Shown here: in pieces, positions 55,578 through 64,000 of the stretch
Position numbering within the stretch: the stretch's first letter is position 1
Layout of the letters: every line of letters begins with the position of its first letter
DNA from: Planctomycetota bacterium
GTDB lineage: Bacteria; Planctomycetota; UBA1135; UBA2386
DNA length: 64,000 nucleotides
Reading direction: 5' to 3'
Assembly (NCBI GenBank): GCA_046290465.1
Contig: JBKAGP010000001.1
Location: 1,984,001-2,048,000, forward strand
Notes under the pieces: generated by a model
What the model was told of the DNA's origin: nothing
Seen by the model: only the letters and a program-made list of their open reading frames with translations
Databases searched by the model: none
Translations under genes and position numbers: made by a program

Positions 55578-56825
55578 ATGGACCGCATCAAACGCGACAC
55601 GCTGCTCGGCGTCGTATTCTTCGGCACGCTCGGCTTCCTGCTGTGGGCGACGGTCAACCTGACGGACCTGTCGCTCAACCAGGAGCTGGTCGTCTACTTC
55701 CCGCAGGCGGGCAGCGTCGACGTCGGCACCAACGTGATGGTGCTCGGCAAGAAGGTCGGCAAGGTCGGCGCGATCGACATCGACTACGCGCGCGAGGACA
55801 CGCCGGTGCGGATGGCGCTGCTGCTGCGCGAGGAGATCCCGCTGAAGGACGGCCACCTGATCGAGGTGCGCGACGCCGGCGTGCTCGGCGGCAAGCAGGT
55901 CTACATCGACCCCGGCAAGGGGGCGCGTTCGCCGGCCGAAGCCGAGCTGCTCGGCCAGGTCGCCGGCAGCGCCTTCGACAAGCTCGGCGACATCGCCGAC
56001 GGCAAGGGCGCGGTCGGTGAGCAGCTCGAACTGTCGCTGAAGGAGATCGGCGACTTCTTCCGCAACATGAACGACGAGGAGACCTCGATCGGGCGTCTGG
56101 TCAAGCGCCGCGAGCTCTACGACTCGGTGCTCAACGCGTCCGAGAACCTCAACCGCATCCTCGAGGCGGTCGTCAACGCCGAGGGCGCGGTCGGTGCGCT
56201 GATCATGAACAAGCAGACCGCCGACGACACCACGGCGCTGCTGGCCAACCTGCGCACGGTCAGCGACCGCCTGCTGACGACCGACGGCCCGCTCGGCGTG
56301 CTGCTCAACGACCAGGAGACCGCGCGCGACGTGCAGGGCATCCTCGACAACCTCGACCAGCTGGTCGCCGACGCCAAGATGGGCAAGGGCATCCTCGGCC
56401 GCATCCTGCAGGACCAGGAGCTCGCCGACGAGTTCGGCAGCGTGGTGCACAACCTCGACGACCTGCTGGCCAAGGCCAACGACCCCGACGCCGGCGCGCT
56501 CGGCGCGCTCACCAGCGACCCGCAGACCGCCGCCGACCTGAAGGCCACGATCGCGAACCTGCGCATGGTCAGCGACCAGCTCACCCAGCAGAAGGGCCTG
56601 ATCGGCGCGCTGATCAACGACGAGGACCTGACCATCCGCTTCCGACGGATCCTCAACCAGGTCTCGCGGGCGATCGAGGACGCGCGCGAAGCGGCGCCGA
56701 TCAGCAACTTCGTGCAGGTGCTGCTGGGCACGTTCTCGCGCCGCCGCAACCCTCTGCAGAAGAACGCCTTGCCGCCGCCTGACCGCGGTCCGCACACACG
56801 ATCTTCACGGCAAGTTTATCTGTGA
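55578..56825 (+). CDS. mlaD: MlaD/MCE-family protein with long repetitive helical region
   Basis: N-terminal TM, MCE domain (VMVLGKKVGKV...GVLGGKQVYIDPG), then six G.[LIV]G.[LI] repeats; true stop may be at 56736-56738. Confidence 0.88.
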   Translation: MDRIKRDTLLGVVFFGTLGFLLWATVNLTDLSLNQELVVYFPQAGSVDVGTNVMVLGKKVGKVGAIDIDYAREDTPVRMALLLREEIPLKDGHLIEVRDAGVLGGKQVYIDPGKGARSPAEAELLGQVAGSAFDKLGDIADGKGAVGEQLELSLKEIGDFFRNMNDEETSIGRLVKRRELYDSVLNASENLNRILEAVVNAEGAVGALIMNKQTADDTTALLANLRTVSDRLLTTDGPLGVLLNDQETARDVQGILDNLDQLVADAKMGKGILGRILQDQELADEFGSVVHNLDDLLAKANDPDAGALGALTSDPQTAADLKATIANLRMVSDQLTQQKGLIGALINDEDLTIRFRRILNQVSRAIEDAREAAPISNFVQVLLGTFSRRRNPLQKNALPPPDRGPHTRSSRQVYL

Positions 56826-56830
56826 CTTTC

Positions 56831-56848
56831 GGTTCGTTAGTACGAACC
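56831..56848. terminator. Stem-loop downstream of the MCE operon
   Basis: GGTTCGT-TAGT-ACGAACC in a locally AT-richer stretch; no clear U-tract on the + strand. Confidence 0.3.
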
Positions 56849-57316
56849 CGAACCGCATTCGCGGAATAGCATGCGAGGACTCTGCTTCCGCCCTCGGAGC
56901 AGGTCGGCACCGGGCGTCGTACGCCCGCTGGTGCCGGCTCGTCCTCGGTATCGCGCTCAAGCTGGCCAGGGGGGTCAGCGCGATACGAACCTTCATGCGA
57001 CGGCCTTGCCCACGTCTGGTGACGGCGGCCCGATCGCGCCTGCGGTGCTGCCGCGGCACGATCCGGGAGGCGACCAGACCCTGCGAGGCCCACGCCCCCT
57101 TCCAGCTGCCGACGACGACTGGATCCGGGATGTGCGCCGGCACCGCGCGAGCGGCACGGGACAACGCGACGCGCGTGCTCCGGGCCTTCGCCCTGCAGCG
57201 CATCGCTGACCGACGACACGGCTCGCTGCCCGTTCCCCTGCGGGAACGCGACGGCCGGGTCCGACGGCAGCCGGCGGCCATCCCGATCCCGCCCGACGAG
57301 CAGCGCATCCAGAGAG

Positions 57317-59833
57317 GTGCCCGCCTTGAACGCTCGATTCGCGAGTGGTCTCACCAGGCTCTGCCTATGTAGCCTGATCCCGACCTTCTCCATCTCCGCC
57401 CAGAACGCCGGCGACTGGCTCCCCGGCGACGGCATCCCCGGACTCGACGGGGACGTCCTGACCCTCGAGCAGTGGGATCCGGACGGGCCGGGCCCCAAGA
57501 CCCCGCTGGTGGTGATCGGCGGCTACTTCTCGATCGCGGGCGACACGCTCGCGAACAACATCGCCAGCTGGAACCCCACGACCGGTGCCTGGGCCCCCCT
57601 CGCGGACGGCCTGCACGGCGTGGTCCGCGACCTCGCCGTCCTGCCGAGCGGCGACCTGGTCGCCGCCGGCGACTTCCAGATCGCCGGCCAGGTCGTCGCG
57701 CGCGGCGTCGCGCGCTGGGACGGCCAGAGCTGGAGCGCGGTCGGCGCCGGCTTCTACGGCAGCGTGCGCGCGCTGACGATCGACCCGTTCGGCAACCTGA
57801 TCGCCGGTGGCGTGTTCCTGACCGCCGCGGCACCGCAGGCCTCGAACGTCGCGCTGTGGGCCGGCGGACTGTGGCTGCCGATGGGCCAGGGCATCAACGC
57901 GCAGGTCAACGCGCTGGTCACCGCCCCCAACGGCGACGTGTTCGCCGGTGGCGGCTTCACCAGCGCCGACGGGCAGCCGGCCAGCCGCGTGGCCCGCTGG
58001 AACGGCGGCGCGTGGAACGCGCTCGGCAGCGGCGTCGACGACGCGGTCCAGACCCTGAGCCACGACGCCAACGGCGACCTGGTCGTCGGTGGCCGTTTCG
58101 GCCTCGCCGGCGGCCTCGCCAGCAACGGCATCGCGCGCTGGAACGGCACCGCCTGGTCGTCGTTCGGCACCGGCTTCGACAACCTGGTCGCGTCGACGAC
58201 GATGCTGCCCTCGGGCGAGCTGATCGCGGGCGGCACGTTCACGCAGGCCGGCAACCTGCAGACGATGCGGGTCGCCCGCTGGGACGGCTGGGGCTGGAAC
58301 GCGATAGCCGGCGGCACCAACGACGGGGTCATCGCGCTGCTGACGCTTCCCAACGGCGACGTGCTGGCGGCCGGCTCGTTCCGGATCATCGGCGGCGTCG
58401 CCGCCGACCGCATCGCGCGCTGGGACGGCACCGCCTGGTGGCCGCTCGGTGCCGGCATGAACGACGACGTGTTCGCGCTCTGCCCGACGCGGCAGTTCGG
58501 CGTCGTCGCCGCCGGCATGTTCACCACCGCGAGCGGCGCGCCGTGCCAGCGGATCGCGCGGCGCGACAACGGCCTCTGGCAGCAGCTCGGCCAGGGCCTC
58601 GACGGCCCGGTGCATGCGCTGGCGGAGGACCACGACGGCGAGTTGCTCGCCGGCGGACTGTTCACGCGGTCAGGCATCGCGGCGATGGCCAACCTCGCCC
58701 GCTGGGACGGCGTCGGCTGGAGTCCGGTCGGCGGCGGTGTGTCCGGCGCCGTGCACGCCGTGCTGCCGCGACGGGACGGCGACCTGGTGGTCGGCGGCGC
58801 GTTCGCGCAGGCCGGCGGCACACCGGCGCCGCGGATCGCGACGTTCGACGGCACGCAGTGGCACGCGCTCGGCAAGGGACTGTCCGACGTCGTGCTGTGC
58901 CTGGCCGAGCTGCCCAACGGCGACCTGGTCGCGGGCGGCTCGTTCACCCACTCCAACGGCCAGCCGCTGCTGCGCATCGCGCGCTGGGACGGCAACAACT
59001 GGCACCCGCTCGGCAACGGCACCAACGGCCCGGTGACCGCGCTCGCGGTCACGCCCGAAGGCCTGCTGATCGCCGGGGGCCAGTTCTCGGCGGCCGGCGG
59101 CCAGCTCTGCAGCCGCATCGCCGCATGGAACGGCAGCCACTGGGCGCCGCTCGGCGACGGCCTCAACGCCGAGGTCTCGGACCTCGAGATCCTGCCCAAC
59201 GGTGACCTGCTCGCGGGCGGCCAGTTCAGCTACTCCGGCACGACCCAGGCCCGCTTCTTGGCCCGCTGGCACGACGGCAGCTGGAGCGAGTTCGGCGGCG
59301 GCGTGCTCGGCCGCGTCTACGCGGTCGCCCAGCCGCAAGCCGGCACCGTCGTCGCCGGCGGCTCGTTCCAGATCGCCGGAGGGACGGTCAGCCCGCACTG
59401 CGCAATCTACCAGGGCAACCAGCTGGCCGCCGCGGCGACCTACGGCCCGGGTTGTACCAGCACGGTCGGCACCCGTCCGCAGCTCGCCGCGCAGCTGCCG
59501 TGGGCCGGCGGGCTATGGCGCGCGAGCGCTGCGCCGTTCCCGCCCGGCAGCTTCGTGTTCGGCGTCTACGGCCTGCAGCCGCAGGCAGTGTCGCTGCCCT
59601 CGCTGTTCGGCCCGCTGCCGTCGAACTGCGCGCTGCTGGTCGCCAACGAAGTGGTCTGGCCGGCCCGGCGCCGCGGCGCGACCGCGTTCTCGCTCTGGCG
59701 GATCCCCGAGGCCCCAGAGATCCTCAGCCGCGACTTCTACCACCAGATGGTCTCGTTCGAAGTCGACCCCTCCGGCAACCTCCTCGACATCAAGGCCACC
59801 GACGCCATGAAGTTCACCGCCGGCATCTTCTGA
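57317..59833 (+). CDS. Secreted beta-propeller repeat protein with C-terminal YGxGC domain
   Basis: Signal peptide ending SISA-Q; 13 full repeats of about 48 aa (G.V.AL...P.GDL.AGG.F..AGG....IARWDG..W) plus a partial one. Confidence 0.85.
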   Translation: MPALNARFASGLTRLCLCSLIPTFSISAQNAGDWLPGDGIPGLDGDVLTLEQWDPDGPGPKTPLVVIGGYFSIAGDTLANNIASWNPTTGAWAPLADGLHGVVRDLAVLPSGDLVAAGDFQIAGQVVARGVARWDGQSWSAVGAGFYGSVRALTIDPFGNLIAGGVFLTAAAPQASNVALWAGGLWLPMGQGINAQVNALVTAPNGDVFAGGGFTSADGQPASRVARWNGGAWNALGSGVDDAVQTLSHDANGDLVVGGRFGLAGGLASNGIARWNGTAWSSFGTGFDNLVASTTMLPSGELIAGGTFTQAGNLQTMRVARWDGWGWNAIAGGTNDGVIALLTLPNGDVLAAGSFRIIGGVAADRIARWDGTAWWPLGAGMNDDVFALCPTRQFGVVAAGMFTTASGAPCQRIARRDNGLWQQLGQGLDGPVHALAEDHDGELLAGGLFTRSGIAAMANLARWDGVGWSPVGGGVSGAVHAVLPRRDGDLVVGGAFAQAGGTPAPRIATFDGTQWHALGKGLSDVVLCLAELPNGDLVAGGSFTHSNGQPLLRIARWDGNNWHPLGNGTNGPVTALAVTPEGLLIAGGQFSAAGGQLCSRIAAWNGSHWAPLGDGLNAEVSDLEILPNGDLLAGGQFSYSGTTQARFLARWHDGSWSEFGGGVLGRVYAVAQPQAGTVVAGGSFQIAGGTVSPHCAIYQGNQLAAAATYGPGCTSTVGTRPQLAAQLPWAGGLWRASAAPFPPGSFVFGVYGLQPQAVSLPSLFGPLPSNCALLVANEVVWPARRRGATAFSLWRIPEAPEILSRDFYHQMVSFEVDPSGNLLDIKATDAMKFTAGIF

Positions 59834-59886
59834 TCCGCACGTCCGGTTCCGGGAGCAGACCCTGCGAACCGGCCGCATCGCGCCGC

Positions 59887-59914
59887 TCGGTCGGTCGGTC
59901 GGTCGGTCGTTCGG
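59887..59914. repeat. Tetranucleotide microsatellite (TCGG)5-TCGT-TCGG
   Basis: Seen directly; 1 bp from the M14 peptidase stop codon. Confidence 0.9.
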
Positions 59915-59915
59915 C

Positions 59916-62255
59916 TCAATGGCCGACGGTGCCGACGCCGCCGTTGGAGAACGCGAACCCGAAGCCGTTGGCCGCAGGATCGAGCACCGCGAACTGCTCG
60001 TAGAACGCCACGTCGAGCAGCGCCGGGTCGTTGGGCACCGCGATCGGCACCGCCGCCTCGCCGCTGGCGTCGGTCCAGGTCGGCAACGTCAGGTCCGCCG
60101 CGACCAGCAGGTCGCAGCCCGGCGCACCGACCCCGTGAAGCGAGAGCGGCAGCGCCAGTCCCTGCCAGATCGCATCGCTGCTGCCGAACACCAACACCGC
60201 CGGCGCGTTGGCGACGGCCTCGCGCAGGACCACGTCGAACGTCCCGCCGATCGCCGGCACGCCGTCGCTGCCGAGCACCGGCACCGCGCCCGGCCCGCCC
60301 GTTCCGTGGCAGAGCACCTGGTAGCACGGATGGTCGACGATGCCCGACTGCTGCCAGTCCAAAAACTGCGGCGGCCGCCGCCAGAACCCGACCCCGACGT
60401 CCCCCGCCGTCAGCGTCGGCGTCAGGATCACACCGGTCTGCGAGCCGACGAAGAACACGTCGCCCGGCTGCACCGCCACCGGCACGTTGAGCGTCACGTC
60501 GTAGAAGCCCGGCTGCAAACCGACCGTCATCGTGCCGGTCGCGACCGGCAGATCCTCCGGCTCCCCCTGCGCATCGGCCAGGAACAACCCGGCGTCGACC
60601 GTCTCGACCGCCCCCGACCCCGACTGCGTGAACAGCCGGAAGCCGGTCACCGTCATCGCCGCCGCCGCATCGACCCGGAACACGTATTCGTTCTGCGACT
60701 GATGGCCGAGCAGCGCACCGCCTGCGGCGTTCGACGCGCCGCACGACAGCGGCAGCGGCGCCGTCCCCGGGCACCCCACACCGAACGTGCCGTGCGTCGC
60801 GGCACTGCCCTCGAGCAGCACGACGTCCTGGTGGAGCGTCTGGCCCGCCTGGAGCGACACCTGCACCGTCTGCGGCAGGTGGCCATCCGCGGTGAACGTC
60901 ACGTCGAACGTCCCGGGCCCACCCCACAAGTGGTAGCGCCCGAAGCGACCGCCGGACATCACCGTCTGCCCGTCCGAGAACTCGTGCCCCGCCACCGTGA
61001 TCGACGCGCGCAGCGGCGCGCCGCCGTTGCTCGACGTCACGTGCCCGGTCATCGGCACCGGCGTGGTCAGGTGTTCGACGACGCCCGGCCAGGTGTCGAG
61101 CAACTCCTGCGCCGTCTGCGCGAACGGATCCTGGCAGGTCGCGAACTCGACCAGGAAGCTCATCGTGCCCTTGGTCGAGAAGTGCCACTCCATCAGCGTG
61201 CCGCAGCAGCACGTGCCGACCGGCGGGTAGCCCATCGCGTTGGCGATGGCGGCGTGGATCGGATCCATCGTCGACCGCACCATCGCCGGGATCGCGCCCT
61301 CGACCAGGTTGTTGTAGGGATGCCGCACGTCCGGCCCCTGGCAGTGGAAGTCGAGCAACCGCTCGAACCCCTCGACCTCGGCGAACATCAGCAGCGCCTG
61401 GATCTCCGGCTCCGACGCCGGCCCGGTGCCGTGGTAGGTGCCGCTCGACGTGTTGCCGCTGCTCCCGCACTGGCTCCAGAAGAACGGGTAGTTGCGGTTC
61501 ATGTCGACGCCGATCGAACCGTCCCCGTTGTCGCGCCGGTTCTTGCGCCACAGGTTGTTGGCGTTCCACGTGTACTCGAGCCCGTCCGGATTGAGGTTGG
61601 GCAGGATCCAGATCTGGTTGTCGTCGACCAGCTGCGTCAGCTGCGGATCGCTGCCGTAGCGCGACAGCAGTTGCCCGGCCGCGTAGAGCGGCACCTCGAT
61701 CACGGCGAGTTCGTTGGCGTGCGTGTTGGCCGACAGCACCAGGTTGGGCTTGTCCTGGTCCTGATCCGGCGCGTTCGAGATCCGCAGCGCGTAGATCCGG
61801 AAGCCGTCGTGCGTCAGCGGCGCGCCGTAGCGCGACTGCAGGTCATAGAGCTTGCACAGCGACGGATACTGCTGCTCGAGCGCCTGCAGGTCGGCCACCA
61901 CCTCGGCACGCGTGTGGTAGCCCGGCCAGTTGACGAACTGCGAGGCACCGTTCGCCTGCGCCGCGATCTGGTGGTACGGCCGCGACTTCTCGAGCACCAG
62001 GAACAGCGTGCCCGGCGGCAGCGCCGCGCGCAGCCCGCGCAGCTCTTCGCGACCGACGATCGCGGTCGCGGTGTACCAACCGTCCCGCTGGTGCACCTGC
62101 ACGTGGTCGCCGATCACGCCGCGATCGGCGAGCGCCTGCTGCAGGCCGGCACCGCCGGTGATCTGCACCCGCAGCGACTCGCCGACCGACGCGGACTGCT
62201 GGGCGCACAGGGACAGCGCGAGGATCGCACCGACGAGCAACGAGCGAAGCGGCAT
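59916..62255 (-). CDS. Secreted M14 zinc carboxypeptidase, multidomain
   Basis: Signal peptide; HANE, PNLNPDG, WRKNRR, GVDMNRNY, SEPE, DFH; carboxypeptidase regulatory-like domain (TFTADGHLP); C-terminal GAPGC domain. Confidence 0.9.
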   Translation of the reverse strand: MPLRSLLVGAILALSLCAQQSASVGESLRVQITGGAGLQQALADRGVIGDHVQVHQRDGWYTATAIVGREELRGLRAALPPGTLFLVLEKSRPYHQIAAQANGASQFVNWPGYHTRAEVVADLQALEQQYPSLCKLYDLQSRYGAPLTHDGFRIYALRISNAPDQDQDKPNLVLSANTHANELAVIEVPLYAAGQLLSRYGSDPQLTQLVDDNQIWILPNLNPDGLEYTWNANNLWRKNRRDNGDGSIGVDMNRNYPFFWSQCGSSGNTSSGTYHGTGPASEPEIQALLMFAEVEGFERLLDFHCQGPDVRHPYNNLVEGAIPAMVRSTMDPIHAAIANAMGYPPVGTCCCGTLMEWHFSTKGTMSFLVEFATCQDPFAQTAQELLDTWPGVVEHLTTPVPMTGHVTSSNGGAPLRASITVAGHEFSDGQTVMSGGRFGRYHLWGGPGTFDVTFTADGHLPQTVQVSLQAGQTLHQDVVLLEGSAATHGTFGVGCPGTAPLPLSCGASNAAGGALLGHQSQNEYVFRVDAAAAMTVTGFRLFTQSGSGAVETVDAGLFLADAQGEPEDLPVATGTMTVGLQPGFYDVTLNVPVAVQPGDVFFVGSQTGVILTPTLTAGDVGVGFWRRPPQFLDWQQSGIVDHPCYQVLCHGTGGPGAVPVLGSDGVPAIGGTFDVVLREAVANAPAVLVFGSSDAIWQGLALPLSLHGVGAPGCDLLVAADLTLPTWTDASGEAAVPIAVPNDPALLDVAFYEQFAVLDPAANGFGFAFSNGGVGTVGH

Positions 62256-62267
62256 GGGCCGCCCACT

Positions 62268-62723
62268 CTACCCCTCGGTGGCCCCGCCGGCCTCCCGAGG
62301 TCTGCGGCTGTCGGCATCGAGGAAGCGCACGCGCAGTTCGGTCGTCGGCACCCAGCAGGTTTCCTGCTTGCCGAACCAGCGGTAGCGGTTGCGCGCGATC
62401 CAGTCGTAGACGAGGTCGCGCAGCGGATACGGGATCAGCCAGAAGATCGACAGCAGCGGCCACAGCCCGCCGAGCCGCCGCGCAATCGCCAGCGCCGCGG
62501 CGGAGCGGGTGCGCACCCGACCGTCCGCCACCAGCACGATGCTGTCCGGCAGCTCCCCGGTGACGCCGGCGGCCACCAGCGCCGACCTCGCCGCATCGGA
62601 CTGCAGCGCCGCAAACCGGAACTTCGCCTGCGGATCGCGCTTGATGACGAACTGCACCGAGCCATTGCACAGGTTGCAGTCGCCGTCGAACAGGATCAGG
62701 GGTTGCTCTCGGTCGGCGTTCAC
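62268..62723 (-). CDS. DCC-family thiol-disulfide oxidoreductase (YuxK-like)
   Basis: ILFDGDCNLCNGSVQF, FAALQS, LRD.VYDWIARNRYRWFGK; GTG start at 62723. Confidence 0.93.
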   Translation of the reverse strand: MNADREQPLILFDGDCNLCNGSVQFVIKRDPQAKFRFAALQSDAARSALVAAGVTGELPDSIVLVADGRVRTRSAAALAIARRLGGLWPLLSIFWLIPYPLRDLVYDWIARNRYRWFGKQETCWVPTTELRVRFLDADSRRPREAGGATEG

Positions 62724-62799
62724 GGGGCTCGATGGTAAGGGACACTCCCGCGACAGCGGTAGGGAGCTTGTCCGAGGCGGATCGGCGTAGTCTCTAGGC

Positions 62800-64000
62800 A
62801 TGCGCCGCATCCGCCGACTCGTCGCGCTCACCCTCTTCTGCGCCACGGCCGCCGCCCAGGCAAGCGGGACCGACACCCCCGCGAGCAAGGCCCCCGCGAC
62901 CAAGACTCCCGCAGCCAACACCCCCGCCGGCAACACCCCCGCCGGCATCGACCCCGCCGGCATTCGCGGCACGCTGATCCTCGGCGGCGGCGGTGGCCTG
63001 CCCGACCAGATCTACCAGCGCTTCGTCGAGCTCGCCGGCGGCGCGCAGGGGCACATCGTGCTGGTGCCGACCGCAAGCAGCCGCGCCGACACCGAGGCCG
63101 GCCGCACCCGCACGCTCGAACGCTGGCAGCAGGCCCACCCCGGCATCTCGTTCTCGCTGCTGCACACGCGCGATCGCAGCGAGGCCGACCGCGAGGACTT
63201 CTGCGCACCGCTAAAGGCGGCGACGGCGATCTGGTTCGGCGGCGGTTCGCAGCAGAAGATCGCCGACGCCTACCTCGGCACCCGCTTCGAGACCGAGGTG
63301 CACGCGCTGCTGGCGCGCGGCGGGGTCGTCGGCGGCAGCTCGGCCGGCACCGCGATCCAGACACGCACGATGATCGCCGGCGGCATGGACCCGCCGCGCC
63401 TGAGCCAGGGCCTCGACCTGGTGCCGATGGCGATCGCCGACCAGCACTTCCTGAAGCGCAAGCGCCTGCCTCGCCTGATCCGCGCGCTGCAGCTGCGCCC
63501 CGGCCACTTCGGCCTCGGCATCGACGAAGGCACCGCGGTCGTGATCCGCGGCCGCGACGTGCGCGTGCTCGGCCGCAGCGAGGCGCTGTTCGTGCTGGCC
63601 GCGAGCGAAGGCAAGGAGCAGCGCACCGTGCGCCTGAAGGCCGGCGAACGCACCGACCTGGTCACCTGGCAGCGCGCCGCGCGCCAGCGCGCCACCGGCC
63701 CGTGGCCGCCCGAGCAGCTGCCGAAGCCGATCGTCGCCAACGGCACGGTGATGCTCGGCGGTGGCGGCCGCCTGCCACGCTCGGTGTTCGAACGCTTCGT
63801 CGCGCTCGCCGGCGGCAAGCAGGCGCGCATCGTCGTCGCCCCCACCGCGACGCCGCGTCGCGACGGCGAACGCGAGGACCGCATGGCGGCGCTGATGAAG
63901 CGCATCGGCGTCGCCGACGTCTACGTGCTGCAGCCGCGCCACCCGAGCGAGGTCCGCCAGGTCCACGTCGACAAGCTCGACCGCGCCACCGGCGTCTGGT
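62800..64000 (+). CDS. Secreted cyanophycinase-like S51 peptidase with tandem domains (partial, runs off window)
   Basis: Manually translated: MRRIRRLVALTLFCATAAA-Q...GTLILGGGG, VLVPTAS, IWFGGGSQ, GGSSAG, DQHFLKR.R, GIDEGTA; second domain GTVMLGGGG...VAPTA...ATGVW. Confidence 0.9.
   Translation, partial: MRRIRRLVALTLFCATAAAQASGTDTPASKAPATKTPAANTPAGNTPAGIDPAGIRGTLILGGGGGLPDQIYQRFVELAGGAQGHIVLVPTASSRADTEAGRTRTLERWQQAHPGISFSLLHTRDRSEADREDFCAPLKAATAIWFGGGSQQKIADAYLGTRFETEVHALLARGGVVGGSSAGTAIQTRTMIAGGMDPPRLSQGLDLVPMAIADQHFLKRKRLPRLIRALQLRPGHFGLGIDEGTAVVIRGRDVRVLGRSEALFVLAASEGKEQRTVRLKAGERTDLVTWQRAARQRATGPWPPEQLPKPIVANGTVMLGGGGRLPRSVFERFVALAGGKQARIVVAPTATPRRDGEREDRMAALMKRIGVADVYVLQPRHPSEVRQVHVDKLDRATGVW

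Noticed and set aside
56805..57308. 167-aa minus-strand ORF and 112-125-aa plus-strand ORFs between mlaD and the propeller gene
   Set aside because: Arg-rich, no motifs, atypical codon use; treated as intergenic.

Overview
High-GC (about 70% by eye) bacterial chromosomal segment, most likely Planctomycetota. The evidence is an EF-Tu switch-I of the '[11 protein letters not shown]' type, the RpoB '[13 protein letters not shown]...THERR' segment, a 3-TM SecE and an Smr-less MutS2; the taxonomy is inferred. Positions 1-45233 are entirely on the minus strand. In transcription order: mutS2, a response regulator, tRNA-Thr/Tyr/Gly/Thr, tuf, tRNA-Trp, secE, nusG, rplKAJL, rpoBC, rpsLG (no fusA), a GspC-like PDZ protein, coaX, a short MnmE-like GTPase and a PyrB fusion. 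These are followed by four large paralogous Ig-like lipoproteins (A-B-A'-B'), prepilin peptidase, an OmpA/MotB-like lipoprotein, an EF-G paralogue and pilT-pilB-pilC. The right part holds cystathionine gamma-synthase/lyase, HU/IHF, a Kdo/WaaP-like kinase, two lipoproteins, an acyl-CoA ligase and an enoyl-CoA hydratase. It continues with an MCE (mlaEFD-like) operon headed by an aromatic WP-repeat lipoprotein, two secreted proteins sharing a C-terminal domain, a DCC oxidoreductase and a tandem cyanophycinase. Best novelty candidates: (1) the 14-kb four-lipoprotein cassette next to type IV pilus genes; (2) the WP-repeat lipoprotein + long-helix MlaD transporter; (3) a shared putative C-terminal sorting domain; (4) the PyrB-PyrI(Zn)-Ada-like fusion; (5) short tandem repeats abutting stop codons. 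All assignments come from motif recognition by eye; no searches were run.
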